A stretch of 64,000 nucleotides of DNA. It comes from Rebecca billardiae RCC1528. Taxonomy: Eukaryota; Protista; Haptophyta. Of this stretch, positions 1-15,140 are shown piece by piece. The translations under genes were made by a program, and so were the position numbers. Numbering within the stretch: position 1 is the stretch's first letter; each line of letters opens with the position of its first letter. The notes below the pieces were generated by a model that was given only the letters and a program-made list of their open reading frames with translations, did not search any database and was not told the DNA's origin. The stretch covers positions 682,001 to 746,000 of the forward strand of contig OZ251229.1 of the NCBI GenBank assembly GCA_965240325.2. The letters are read 5' to 3'.

Positions 1-1
1 G

Positions 2-2351
2 GTGCAGCGCGGCGCGCGGAACAGGTCGAGCTGCGCGTGCACGCGCGACTTCTACGCGCCGGCGGGCACGCCGCAGGGCGAGCTGTGCCTGCCCTGCCCC
101 GAGGGCGGCGTGTGCAGGGGCACCGGGTATGAGGACCGCATCGTGCCAGTGCCGCGGCCCGGCTACTACAGCCGGCGGCGCGCGCCCGAGGTGATGCTGC
201 GCTGCCTGGACGACGAGCAGTGCCCCGGCGGCGCGGTGGCGGCGTGCGGGCCGCACCTCGTCGGCGACATGTGCACGCAGTGCGAGCCGGGCTACTTCAT
301 GCTCCAGCGCGCGTGCTACCGCTGCGACTCCGCGCAGCGCCAGCCGCTGCTCACCGCGGCGCTCGTGCTCGCGCTCGCGCTGAGCGGCATCCACCTCACG
401 GCCAACCTGCAGAAGGAGTCGGACCACGGCGCGCTGCTCATGTCCTCGACGATGTCGGCGGCGTCCGAGATCGGCGTGGTCATCTTCTTCCTGCAGATCC
501 TCAACCTGATGTCCGCAGTCGCCGTGCAGTGGCCGCACGGGCTGCGCGTCGCCATGGGCTGGTTCAGCTGGGTACGCCCGCGCTGCGCTCCAACCCGGCG
601 ATCGGCTGCTCCCCCGAGCTCTTCCTCACGCGCATCCGGCCGACCGCGCTCGCGTGCCTCCCTCCCGCTCCCCCTCCCCCCCCCCCCAGGTGAACGTCGA
701 CCTGTCCCTCTTCGCGCTCGAGTGCGAGCACGCGCTGCCGTTTGTGTTCGCGTGGGAGCTCAAGGCGACGCTGCCCTTCATCTTCATGCTGGGGTACGTG
801 CTCAGCACGCTCTTCGTCTCGTGGCCGTGGGCGCTGTGGGCGAGCCGCAGGCGCGAGCGCCGCGGCAAGCTGCGCGCGTGCTCGCACGCGCTGTACCGCA
901 GCGTGAACGCGACCGTGCTCGCGCACTCGCTGCTGTACATTGCGACCGCGCGGCATACGCTCGAGGCGTTTGCGTGCGCGGCGCAGCCCGACGGCACGCT
1001 CACGCTGCCCTCCAACCCGGCGATCGACTGCTCCTCCGAGCTCTACCTCACGCGCATCCGGCCGACCGCGCTCGCGTGCCTCCTGTGCTACGTGCTCGCG
1101 TTCCCGCTCGGGCTCGGCGTGTGCTTCGTCCTCGGCGCGCAGCGCGGGCGCGCGCCGGGGCTCTCGCACGCCCTCGACATGTGCACGCTGGTCGTGCGCA
1201 TCCCGTACAAGCGGCGCTTCTTCTTCTACGAGGTGCTCGACCTGCTGCGCAAGCTGCTCGTCGCCGTCGCGCTCAACTTCGCGCGCGGGCTGGGCGGGCG
1301 GCTGCACGTCGCGCTCATCACGATCCTGATGGTCGGCGCGCTGCGCGTGCAGACCGTCTTCCGCCCGTACAAGCACCGCTCGGTGAACGCGCTGTCCGAG
1401 TACCTGCTCACGGTGATCATCCTCGTGCTCATCGTGGGCGGGATGGTGTACGACGAGGCGCTCGCGCCGGGCGTGCGCGAGGGCTTCGACATCGTCCTGT
1501 ACGTGACCATCGCGTCGGTCGTCGTGCTCGCCGCCGCGCACGTCGCCTACGGCATCGCGGCGTACCTGATGACGCGCCGCCGCTTCACGAGCTCGGGTAG
1601 CGTGCGCACCTCGGTGCCGGACGAGCGGCACTGCATGCAGCTGAACAAGCTGCATATCACGCCCGACATCATCGAGGGCGTCACGTCCGTCCTGAACACC
1701 GTGCCCGCCGAGGAGCTCATCGAGCTGATCGCGCGCTCGATCGACGACGAGGACGTGCATGTGCGCATGAACGACGCGATCGTGACACTCTTCAGCGTCG
1801 GGATTGGCTCGGAGCACTTCACGCGCTCGTCGGAGGGGCAGCACCTACTCGAGCTCGCAAGCGCGCTTCGGCTCACGCCGGAGCGGCTCTCGGTCTCGGT
1901 CCACGGCATGCGCGCAAGCAAGAGGCTCGAATCCGCACGGCAGGTCACGAGACCGCTGAGCCACGCGCGCGCGTCGCGACGGATCAGCAGCGCGGCGGTG
2001 CGATCGTCCGCGTCCGTCTTCCCCGAGCTGGCGGAGGCAAGACTCAGCGCGATTTCTTTGCCGACGGCCACGTCCGAGGCCGCCAAGTCGCCCGCCAAGC
2101 GCGCGCTGCTGGCGGCGGACGACGAGGCCGCTGCCAACAACAGACTCGCAAGCGCGACGCTGTCATCTCCGGCTCCGTCTGCCGAGGAGACGCCGCTGGC
2201 GTCGACGTCAACGCGCGTGGTCGAGCTGAGTGGCGGCAGCGGCTTCCACGTGCGTGGCGTGTGGCCTGAGGAGGCGCCAGCTGAGGGAATGGAGATGACG
2301 ATGACGCTCACGGAGGCGAGTGGCCTGCTCCAAAATGACCCGACGAATTGA
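2..2351 (+). CDS. Cys-rich extracellular-repeat, multi-pass membrane protein; 5' end lies outside the window; exons <2-571 and 690-2351
   Basis: Cys-rich motifs (CLPCPEGGVC, PGYY, CTQCEPGYF) are followed by many hydrophobic segments (FFLQIL, YEVLDLLRKLL, RPYKHRSVNAL). A GT(572)..AG(689) intron joins ORF 2..1600 to ORF 654..2351 in frame (FSW|VNVDL). Confidence 0.75.
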
Positions 2352-2927
2352 TGACGGTGTTCCGGCGGGCTCATGATTACTATGTGGTTGCCTATGAATA
2401 GAGTAGTCCGCAAAGTTCCACCCCCGCTCAAGTTCCAAATAGCGCTCCATACTGAGCAAACCAAGGTGGTACTATCATACCAGGTGGTACCTCAAAAACC
2501 TTGTGCGGTTGGCCTGATGACAATCAGGCGTTCTGGGTTCAGGCTCATCGGCAGCGACGCGGTCGCCGATCGACCAACCGGGTCATTGCTCGAATGAGTG
2601 TGCTGATCCATGTATTAATCACAGTACCGGTAATGTAATGTGAGGGGTGGCATGCAATACCGAAGCGTCACGGCCTCCAGTACACTACCAACACATTCAG
2701 GACTTCGACTGGGTTCGTCGAGTTTCGCACTTTCAGCAAGTTTCAGCGCGCTTGAACCGCTGGAAATATTAGTAGCAGAACCACGAAAGACACTGGTCTT
2801 GATCATCAATCAGGGCCTTTTTGTGCCCAACCGCTCCCCTTCGCGGGCTTCGCGCATCGACGCGCGGAGAAGTGCCACCGACCCTCACGTAAACACGCGG
2901 GAACGACGAGACGGGGCGCGTGGCGCG

Positions 2928-4487
2928 ATGGCGAGCGTGTCACGCGACGACGAGGGCGCAGGCGCGATGGCGGCTCCGGGCGCGGATACGGTCAGCCCAC
3001 CCACGGCGATCGCCGACACTGAGACCCTCAACGTGCTCGGCCTGCACGCAGGCGTCACGTCCGCCGAGGAGGTGATCGACGCGATGCTCAACCGCCAACA
3101 CCGCGACCGCCCGAGTCCTTCGTACCTCGAGGATGTGCAGCTCGGCTTGATAGAAACGTGGGTGCGCAAAATCGTCGTCCAGTTCCTGAACGAGGTGCGC
3201 GCTTGCGCCCCTCGCCGCACTCTCCCCCCCCCCCCTTTCCGCCCGCGCCTTTCGTCTGCTTGCTCGCCGCTCACTCACACGGTCGCACCCTGTGCGGTAC
3301 CCCCACACGGCTGCACCCGTGCCGTCCACCGCGCGCGCGCAGCTCGGCGAGGACTTCCAGATGCGCAACGACACGGTTGGCCTTGCAGTGCACTACTTTG
3401 ACCGCTTCCTCTCCGCGGAGCGCGTGGACAAGGCGGAGGTGCAGCTGTACGCGGTCGCGTGCGTGCTCATCTCGGCCAAGTTTGGCGAGCGGCGGATGCC
3501 CGCGCTCGCCGACCTGGAGTACGTCTGCCGCGGCAAGTACGACATCGCGCAGATCAAGGCGGCGGAGACGCGAGTGCTCGAGTGCCTGCGCTGGCAGCTG
3601 CACGCGGTCACCCCGCACGCCTTCTGCCGCCATCTCATCGTGCACTCGGTGCACGATGCGGCGCACGCAGAGGCCATGTACCGCCACGCCGAGTTCTTCA
3701 TCGACCTATCCTATTACGGTGAGCCCCCGCCGGGGTCGCCGCGCTGCCCGGGGTCGCGACCGCGCGCCGCCGCCCGCGCAACGCAGATGCAACCTCGCGC
3801 GCTCGCTCGTCGTCACCGCCAACACACTCGTCCGCCGCGCGATGCCTCCTCCTGCGCCGCGCAGAGTACGACGTGCTCGCCTTCTCGCCCTGCGTCGTGG
3901 GCTCCGCAGCGCTGCTCTGCTCGCAGGAGCAGCTGATTCGTGCCGCAGCCGGCACTGCACCCAGCCTAACAATACCGCAGCTCGCGGATGCCGAGCGGCG
4001 CGCGCTGGGCACACAGCCAGCCTGTGGTGGGACGCAGCTGAGCGTGGAGATGATCTGCACCGCCTGCGGCTTTGAGCAGGTGCGATGCGACCGGGGGGGT
4101 GCACCGCATGCCTCTGGCCTCTGTGCCGTCTCTCTGCTGCTCCCCGCGGTGCTGCTTGCGATTCCACGCCGCATCTTGCCGCGCACCCGCCCACAGCCCG
4201 TGTCCACCCTCCCTGCACGCTCACGCGGATCGCCCTCCCTTCCTCCTCCCTCGCTCGCCATCGCGCAGGCGGACCTGGCAGAGTGCAGGGCACTCATCGC
4301 TCGCTATTTCGAGCGGGCGTTCCTGCCGTTCGCGCAGCGCGAGGTGCTCGCATCGGGCGGACCGCAGCCGGCGCAAGGCCCCGCGCCGCCCACGCCATGC
4401 GAGCCCGCCGCCCCGCGTGACAAGGCCTACTCTCCGGACAACATCGAGGCGGATCCCAACCAGTTTGCGCCTATCAGCTCTGCCTGA
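2928..4487 (+). CDS. Cyclin; exons 2928-3194, 3343-3718, 3865-4079, 4269-4487
   Basis: Cyclin-box motifs: RKIVVQFLNE|LGEDF, LAVHYFDRFLS, QLYAVACVLISAKFGE, AETRVLECLRWQL, VTPHAF. Three GT..AG introns restore one reading frame. Confidence 0.88.
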
Positions 4488-6870
4488 CGATGGCACCGCC
4501 AAGCAGGCAAGGGTGAGGGGGGCGGCGTGTGCTCGCAGCGTGCACGCGCGCCGCCGACGTTCGGCGCGGGCCGTTGTTGCCATGCCCTCGGCACAGACGC
4601 CGTGCGTGGTGATGGACGAGCCGCGCAGGGCACAGGACGGCGCGTGCACCTCGTCGCCGCTGCCGCGCGCCGCCGCATGCCGCGCGGCGCTGCTGCCGGC
4701 GAGCACGCGTCAATACCGGCGGCGGCTCGTGTTGGGCACGCCGCCGCGCACAACCGCCGCGCGCAGGTGCGGCGTCATGTGGCAAGGTCCCTCCGACCGC
4801 GGCGTCGGCCGCTTGGTTGGTGGGAGTCGAAGTCGTAGGCAGGAGTAGGAAGCAGATGCGAGTGCGGTTCGCCTTTCAGGTTTCCGTGCGGCTGGCGGGC
4901 GTCCGGCGGGCTGGGCGGCACCGTCTCCCGAAGGGGTGGCGGGTCGGCTCGGCTCCGCGGCTAACCTGGCATATATGTCACTTTGGATGCTCGCCCGAGC
5001 AGCCTAGGGGGGCCAAACCGCTCATTTAAAAAAGAAAATCAAAGCCGCGGCGCATTTTCGCTCCTCCCTCGGCCTTTTAGGGTGGCGCGGAGCCTTTTTC
5101 TCGGACCCCGCTCGAAAATCGAGCTCCGACGCCTTCGGACGCTCAGAGCTCGGTTCCGCTCGAGCATGAGCGGCCGGAGGCAGTGGACCGCCGCGCGCTC
5201 GCGTCCCATGAGACGCCGAGATGGTCTCGGGAGCGCGCGCGCGTGACGCTGGTGGGCGCTTCTGACCCTTGTCTTTGCGCCACCAGCGGCTCACCACCCG
5301 GTTCTTGGCCACCTCGCGCCGTGCGCGGCGCGCGTCGGCCGGCTTGAATTGCTGCGCTGCGTACGCCCGTCACGCTACCCCTCCTTGTGGCTCAAGATCA
5401 ACTCGCCCCGGCGAGATCGATGCTCGCCCCAAGTGTGCATGTGTATCCGTGGATGCCCAGCTCGCCTAACCTGCCCTGCTGCGCCGGAATCGCCGTCAGC
5501 AGACCGGCGCGAGCTCGCGCGCAACACCTCCGCGCAGCCCGCAACTGTCATGTTCCGCTCGTAGGGCCCGTGTTTGCACCTGCCGTGGCACTTGCGATGG
5601 TCAGCACGTTGGGTATGGGTCACGCGTGCCCCCAGATGGCGTCGGGGCGCCTCCCATTCGCCTCTCAGGACGTCGCGGACGTGCTCGCAGGCAGCGGATG
5701 GCTCATTCGACAGGTCCGATGTGCACTCGACCGTGCCTACAAGCGCGCCCCTGTGACGCGCATGCCTGCAGAAGCAGACGCAGATGGGCCTCAATGCACC
5801 CTGGTGCGCCCAAGACCGGCGGGAGCGTCAGAGACCGTCTCAATCTTGACACCTTGCACACGCCGGCGCTTGCCATTCGGCTCCGCGCAGCCAGACAGGA
5901 GCGCCGAACAGCGCCGGATCAGCCTCTGTAGGCCGAATATCCGCCCCAACGCCCAGAAATAGCGCGGAAAAGGGTAGGGCGTACATATATGGACCGATCC
6001 CATCCGGCCTGGTTTGGTGCAGAGACGCCAGCCACCACCTGGAGCAGGCGTTTGCTGCCGAATCGCATGCTCGGCACTGTGCCGCACTGCAACGACGACA
6101 GATTTGACCTGCCTCGTAGGTCTCGGCCATGGAGCGGTGACGGTTGGCTCGAGTGACTTTAAACCTTGATTATGCCCGAGAGTACTCCCGGGCTGAGGAC
6201 ATGGGGCCGGTGCCTCGGGTCTACTATATCTGCAATACGCCGTACGCATGGCCGTATACACAGTCTGAAAACGTATCTCGCGGCTCGAGATCAGACGAGA
6301 CTGTATTCATCAGCATGGCGTCTATATACACGGTGGGTATGTAACGACCAGTGGCTTCCTGGAAACTACGTGTTTGACAGCCTGCCAGTACACAGCCTAT
6401 ATCGCATGTTGGGACCTGCTGCTGCTGGGGACTCAGAACGATCTCGCCGAGATGCTCTATCAAAGTGAAGTCGACATGGTCTATATGTCACATATACGAC
6501 AGCCGTTACATGCCGTTTCCAATAAGTTCAGGCTCATTCTAATAAGTAAATATGCTAGCCGTTACGCCCTATATTCAGGGTATGTACACCTGATGTTTTT
6601 ACTTGGCTGGCCCAGACCCCTCCAGAGGGCATATGATCCAGCCCCAATTCAGCGCTAAACACTCGCTAGGACCAGCGCTCGTAGCCGTCAGTCACGTCAC
6701 AGTGCCACTTTGGCCCCCCTAAGCAGCCTAACTAGGTCTAGTAGTAAGTGTCATGATGATCATAAAAGGCCTAATAAAGAGTAACTAAACTGAAGTTTAG
6801 CAGCAGACTAAATAAGGGCTCGACTGCTCTCAGCTGACTGGGCCAGTTAACGTAGTCACGCAGCATATGT

Positions 6871-8299
<1,429 letters not shown>

Positions 8300-8854
8300 T
8301 ATATATATGATACTCACATTAGATCAGTACCGTCACGGAGCCCGACGGAGACCGGACAGAGACGTCCGAGACGGACAGTGCCATCTCTCTGACTCTGTGA
8401 TGACACTTTAAGACAGTGATTATGAGTAATAAGGCCAGTTGTAGTAATAACAGTAAGCCGATCCCGATGCGGACGCCGACGGTCTCGGACTCTGCATGAG
8501 ATACCGGTACAGTACTCACGGCCCTTGCCGTGTCCGCTTCAGACAGATACACACCTTTGCCAACTGACAGTGGGGCTCCACATTCCTTACTACATCCTCA
8601 TCCTGTCGGCGCGCTGTAGTCGCATCGGCGCCCAGTCGGCGAGTTCGGACGACGACGTTTTGACTAGTTTGTGGAGTTGTGGACGCAGGACGACGCTGGG
8701 GCGAGGACGACGGGCGCTGCCGGCTGGCGCGCAGCGGGCGCGAGGGCGGCCGCAGCCCTCATCCAGGCCTCGCAGGCGGACGGCTGAACGAATCTTCCGG
8801 CGGCGCTACCATCGGCGACGGCTTCATGGGCGGTGACTGTTGGCGGGCGTCAAT

Positions 8855-9019
8855 CTCGCCTGCCTGAGCTGTGTGCGTCTCTTATTCTTAATCTTAGTAA
8901 ACTGTACAGTTTACTATGTTTTAACGTGCACACTTGGTTAAGGCGTGATTGACGCCATCCAACACTGCACAAAGACACCGCCACAAAACAGACCGGCGCA
9001 GGCAGGTGAGGGGCGCGTT
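8855..9019. repeat. Junction of two fragments of the CAGTTTA-ended dispersed repeat family
   Basis: 8855-8905 matches 51682-51726 and 8905-9019 matches 57399-57517. The junction reads agtaaactgTAcagtttact. Confidence 0.7.
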
Positions 9020-10827
9020 GCCGCACCTCATCGAGGCGGCCATTGCAGCAAGCGGCCGCCCCGCGCTCGGAGGCACGCGCTTGGGAGCGCGCTCTGACAC
9101 CACACGGGGAGGGTGCTGCACCTGGATGTTGTATCCCAGCCACCTCGAGAGTGCAGCCGCGCCAAACACCTGCCTGCGCTGTGAGCGACGCCACGTCGAC
9201 TGATCGAGCCCCAGCCGAAGGGAAGAACTGGAAGATGAAGGGTGGGCAGGTCCACATGCCCGGCGTAAACTGCGCGCTGCTCGCCTGCGGAGGCATCAGG
9301 CAAGCAGCGCACCCCCGCCGCCTTCGCAGCAGCGGGGGCGGGGGAAAGCGGCCCCTCTCGGCTGCCGCCAGCCCCTGTCTGCCCACCTACCCCGGTTGTG
9401 GCACAGAGCCTTCGCCTGCCCCGAACACAAACACCTTGTGAACAGTAGATACTACTTTTTTAAAACAGAGTCAGACAGAGAGTCAGAGAGACAGAGAGAG
9501 AGAGAGATGACTGATGAGGGAGAGAGAGAGAGATATGAACCTCATGAAAGAGAGATTCTGATGACGTCTTGATCGTCTGTTGAAGATTTCGTCAGCATTG
9601 CCCTTGAGAAAAAGTGCGCGCGCCATTGCCAAACGTGGCCCGGCAGTCGTGGCCGTCGCCGAGGAAAACGTCGCGAGCGGCGACACCAGCCAACGGCGAC
9701 GTACACGATGAACATGCTGCAGTTGCACCGCTCAGATAACTCCATACAGACGTACGAACCCGTGGTCGAGTCGCCACCGGCGCCTTGGCACCCGTTTGGA
9801 CTGGCGCCACTCACGTTCTCACACGTCGCAATTGCCGCGGCGCTCGTTTTTGCGTACTCGGAACGCACTGCGATTCGAAGAGCGCTCGTGCTCTTCAGCG
9901 CGTGGACAACCATGCTGATGTGGTATGCGGGACGGCGGCTCAACAAGAGGCTATTCGGCCCGTCCAAGCGACCCGCGGCACGCGCCCCAACACGCAAGGT
10001 CACCTTTGGCGCATCCTGAGCACTGGAGCTTGCCCTCGACGCTTGCAATGCTGGCAGCAGAAGTGCAGCACTGGTGATGAGCTGGTGGGATTCCCATCGG
10101 CGTGCAGTTCGCCACGGGCGCTGCGCCCTCCGGAGCAAGAATGAGCCATCAAGAGTCGCAGGGCTCATCTGGCTGGCGAACATCCATTCACTGATCACTC
10201 GGTAAATGGCGTCGCCGCTGGCTGACTTGGAGCGCGCAAGTGGCCAGCCTGCAGCCTGTTGTACTCTGCGGATGATGGGGCGTACTCCGCGGACAGCAGT
10301 ATCACGGCCGCGGGGCGGCCATGCAGCTGCGCATGATATATTCTTGCCACTTGACACCCTGCCCGTGGCTGCGTCTGGCCGCCCGCCGCGCTGGCACCGC
10401 GCTCGGCGCTGTCCGCCGTAGGCGTACGGCCCGTACGCCCGGCGGTACGGCGGCTCGACGGCGCTGCGACCCGAGTGAGTGAACGAGCTGCCCGCCGGCT
10501 GGCCTCAGAGTCACAGTGGTCGGGAAGGCTACTTTTCGATGCTATGGAGCGCCTGCTGGCACGGCACGGAGTCGGGACGGTGCGTGTCAGGCGTTACGAG
10601 TCGCGCGCCGCGCCCGCGGCACCGGTGACCGGGCAGCCTGGCTGAGACCAAGTACCAGTACCACTTGCAACCCTGCAGGGCGCTCACGGCATCACTCATC
10701 AGCCTGCTGCTCGGTTCATTCAGACCATGCAATTCTATGATTTGAAGACACAGGCACGAGGGCGCACCGCCGTACTACGGACTTCAGTCCGCCCGCGCCT
10801 TTTAAAATATGAAAACTCTATCTATAT

Positions 10828-12627
10828 TGGCCCGCGGTGCAGGGCGGAGCGCGCAGCGTGGAGCCCGCACCAGCGGGCCCGAACCACGTTTCAAAAAGAT
10901 CTTTGATCAAGAAAAAAGGGACGGGGGGCGGCGGAAAAAAAGGGACGGGGGGCGATTTTTAGGGCTGGCGGAGACCGAGTTTCGAGTTTTTGAGATCGCA
11001 TAGAGAGGTCTATTAGGCCGAAAAAGAGCGCGCCCAGCTGATTCCCTTAAGTAAAGTGCGATCTGGACGTCAGCTGGACGTGACATTAGTGTAACGGTTC
11101 GTTACGAGCGAATCGTACTCGTCTTCCCGGATCGCGTGACGTCCGGACTGGGCCACATCCGGATCGTCGGAGGTGACGTGCCCCGGCTAACGATGGGCGA
11201 TGGCGGATATGCGGGACGGCGCCTGCACGTGCCTCCGGACCCGCCTCCCGCTTGCTGCTCACGCAGTCAGCTGCGACCGTGGCGCATGATCGCAGAAGCA
11301 GTGCCGGCAGTACGGCCTGCATCAGCTAGTGCCGCGCCGTCGTGGCGCGCGCGGTACGGTTGCGCGTTTGCAGCGCTCGCCGCTTGGCGACGGCACGCGC
11401 GTGCGGCTCAGGTGTGTCAAATGCGGTCTCGTCGGCGCGCTTTCGCCTGCCACCTCGTGCACCCGTGCCGCCAGTTTCATCGTCTTCATGAGGACTGCTG
11501 CTGCTGTCGCCATCCGCTCTCCATCACCCCGAGTCGCCGGTCGCGCGGCGCGCGCGGTAGGCACTAGGCAGGGCGTACGGTCACTCACCCGTGCAACGGG
11601 TCAAGTGGCCAGAGTACGTCTGGTCGTTGGCTGGCACGGGCCGCAGCGCTAAAGCACCCTGCTGTCACACCCGACTCCTTCAGTACTCCGAGCTCCGCGG
11701 CACGACTCACTCGGCACGATCGCGGACGGGTCGGATCCGAGCTGATCAGCCAGAGTTGGACACAGTTTGGCAGCTACAGGCAATCGCGGGCAATAAGGAG
11801 CTGTCACGTTAAGAAACTGGGGCTTGCTATCTGCGGATCTGGCCTAGAAACTGAGGCTAGCGATTGGCTGGTTCGCTATACGCATAGTCACACTAAGAAA
11901 CCGGGACTACGTCGTCCCGGCTGACGAGTGGTCCGCCGCCAGGGGCGAGGCGCAGTCGGCCCGTCGGGGACGCGGCGCGCGGCCCGACTACGAGTACAGG
12001 CCAAGTCCCGACTTCTCCTGATGACTGACTCCTGGCCAGTGCACCGCAGCATCCATGCAACATCATGCCAGATTTGCTCCAAAAAGGCCCAAAATTTTCG
12101 TCGGCCTCGCCGGCCGGGCCTAAAGACTCAGCGGGGGGCTCTGCCCCCCTGCGCCCCCCGCGCCTGCGCGGCGGGCGGACCTAGCTAAGAAACTGAGACT
12201 CCGTAGGCGCTCGGGCTACCGAACGGCTAAGAAACCGAGGCTAGCCGTGAGATCTCTGACTTCTTATTGCCCGCGATTGCCTGTACTAGTAGTAATTCCG
12301 ATGCCGATGGCACGATCGCGGACGGGTCGGATCCGAGCTGATCAGCCAGTTGGACATTTGCCAGCTAGTTGTCAATGTCAGACGGACGTCCGATTTGACG
12401 ACCGGTGCCGGGTGCGGTCTCAGGTCCGCTGCTGTGATTGTGTGAAGTGTGAAGAATGAGTCTCGCGGTCGCGCAGGCAGGGCGACGGTCGGACTAATAG
12501 CTTCAGTCATCTCAGAACCGACTTCAACTGGCGAACTGCCACTACGGCGGAGAGCCACGATTGCACGGCCACCGCGGGCCCCCAACTGCGTTGATTCTAT
12601 GCAGAAAAGGACCGCGGAACGCGGTCA
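10828..12627 (+). mobile_element. Dispersed element copy 2, inverted relative to copy 1 and carrying a nested MITE
   Basis: Starts tggcccgcggtgcagggcgg and ends gcggaacgcggtca. Reverse-complement match to 7011-8299. Confidence 0.8.
11777..12283. mobile_element. 507-bp MITE (Tc1/mariner-type) with 21-bp TIRs and a TA target-site duplication
   Basis: TIRs caggcaatcgcgggcaataag / cttattgcccgcgattgcctg, with TA on both sides. The empty site (cagcTActag) is visible in copy 1 near 7341-7351. Confidence 0.93.
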
Positions 12628-12911
12628 TATAAATAAAGCGCTTAGCAGTATAATATATATATATATATGTACGAATAACCGCCGCGAGTAGTAGTTACTG
12701 ATAGCCGTAGTCGCTTCAAGTTACTTCAAGCGCCAATATCTGACAGATTCGGATGACCAATCAAGTCTCAGTGAGTCTCAGTCAATAAGAGTAATTGACT
12801 CAACGGAGTACCAGTAAATAGTAATGCAGATGCTGTCTGCTGAACAATATGAATAAGAATTTACTGAACTAATGTCTATAATTCGGAATTAGGCGGTGCC
12901 ATCGGGGCATG

Positions 12912-14439
12912 ACCAGGTCGTTCCCCCTGCACTGGGAATCCGCGGTTTGGACATACAAGAAAAACAGCCGGAGGACGCACCCGTCGCTACCCGCGAATAA
13001 GATTTTCAGGTCTCGCGGGTGCGGATGTGCGTCAATCGATGAGCTGGTCTCGCAATCCCAAAATTGAGCCGCAACGAGATAGAGGGCAGGGAGCCCCCGG
13101 TGGCGGCTCGGCAGGCGAGGGCCGACCAAATCTTGACCTTTTGCCCTCGGCGGCAGGCGGCAGCGGCGAAGGCGGCCGAGCGCCGTTGGCGGGGCGCGCC
13201 CGGGGCACGGCGCTGCGGGCGCGGATGTGCTCGCGGAGCCGGCTTGCGTGGACAGGCTGTCGCGGGAGAGTATCTGGCGCCCTCCTGTGCCGCGCGTCTC
13301 GCGCCACGCCTCTTTTCGCCGCGGCTCAGGGCAGCGCGCACGCGCGCGCCGCCTCGAGGCCAGCACAGCCGCGCCGGCAGCCAACCGCGCGCGCGCCGTG
13401 CGCGGCGTGGTCGGAAAGGAACGGGGGGTGCTGCCGGGCGAGATGACGACATCATGTGCGCACGCTATGCCGCCCCGCGGCGCCGCGAAAGGGCACGATA
13501 ACGGATCCGCACAGCTGTTGACGAGTGCTGATTTCTTCAGTCGTGCCTGAAGCCAGACCTGAGCTCGAAGAAGATGATGAAAGTGCATCCGCGCGAGGAA
13601 GCGTCGCACCCAGCACTTCTACATGACCACGCGGTGATGAACATTCATGGAAGAGTATCCCGCTTGCCCGTCTGGCACTGTTCTGTGTCTCAATGATCGT
13701 CCCGACAAGGGTCACGACCGCGAGGCCGTGCCGCACACCATTTGTGACAACTCGAAGAGGCGTGCAAACGGACCGGCGACACGCTCGGCAAGGCGTGGCG
13801 GGGCGGCATGGCGTGCGCACATGATGTCGTCATCTCGCCCGGCAGCCGCGCCCGTTCCTTCCCGACCACGCCGCGCACGGCGCGCGCGCGGTCGGCTGCG
13901 GCGCAGGCAAGGCTGGCCAGTTGAGGCGGCGCGCGCCGTGCGCGCTGCCCTGAGCCGAGGCGAAAGAGGCGTGGCGCAAGACGCGCGGCGCAGGATGGCG
14001 GCAGATACTCTCCCGCAACAGCCCGTCCACGCACGCCGGCTCCGCGAGCACATCCGCGCCCGCAGCGCCCTGGCCCGCATCGCACTCGCCGCCGCCCGGC
14101 CGCAGGCCGGCGGGTCAGAAATCGGTGCTCGCACCCGCGACCGACCGAGGGCTCCCGCCTCCGGTCGCACGCGAAGAACTCATTCCTAGAGCATCGATTT
14201 CGTGAGCGGACTATCGCTGACGAGGCTGATTACTGCTGTTCCACGGCTTTGCCGCGCTCGGGATTTGGCTTCTCGAATGGATGGATCTGGTGTCGTCATT
14301 TTTAATTGGAAAGCTCGATTAGATCGTTCAAGTGGTCTGATAGAGCAATCGGAAGACTAAATCTGCGTTGCTATGCCGCGGCCTCGCGCTCTGAATAGTG
14401 CGAAACCGCGGATTCCCAGTGCAGGGGGAACGACCTGGT
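12912..14439. mobile_element. ~1.53 kb non-autonomous DNA transposon with 37-bp TIRs and internal imperfect inverted repeats
   Basis: accaggtcgttccccctgcactgggaatccgcggttt at 12912 and its exact reverse complement at 14403-14439. Internal arms ~13200-13480 and ~13800-14070 are inverted. No clean TSD. Confidence 0.85.
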
Positions 14440-15140
14440 TAATAATAATGATAATGTGATACAGGGTCGACGACTCGGATCATATATACAGAGACCGCCG
14501 CCGCGTGCCCCAGGCCGAGGCGGTGCTCCATCCCGGCCCCGCTCCCGTAGGGGGGCAGGGCTGCGGGTGGCGCACTGTCTGACCTGGACGGAAGGCGCGG
14601 ACGCATTCTATGTGTCTGTTGCACTCTGAGCCTGACGCTTGTCCGATGCTGCCACGTCGTTAAATATATACAGAGACGTACGAGACGTCAGCAGTAGACG
14701 ACAATGACTCGACGAATCGCGTCATCATCGTCCACGGGAGTATCGCCAATCATCGGTCATCGGGGCCATCGGTCATCGGACCCGGCCCGCGACGCGCGTC
14801 GGGCTGCGCCTGCGGCTGCAGGCGGTCGCGGGTCGGCGCCGCGCAAAGGCGGGGGCGCTCCTGTCTGCTCGGTTGCGACGACTTCGAGCCAGTTGACGCG
14901 TGCGGGAACGAGAAGGCAAGCATGAATACCCCACAGCCTCGTCGGGACCATCACATGGTCGCCCTGGGGCGGCAGCATCGGTGGCCGTGGAGCTGTCGCT
15001 GACGTGAGCCCATGCGTGTGGCGCCCTCGTGACGAGCCTCGCCAGGACGAATCGGGCGTCTGCCACCTCGTAGGGTGCGCAGAGGGTGGCCGCAGCCGGC
15101 AGGTTGCACGGCCTGCGAAGATGTGACGCGTACGCGGAGC

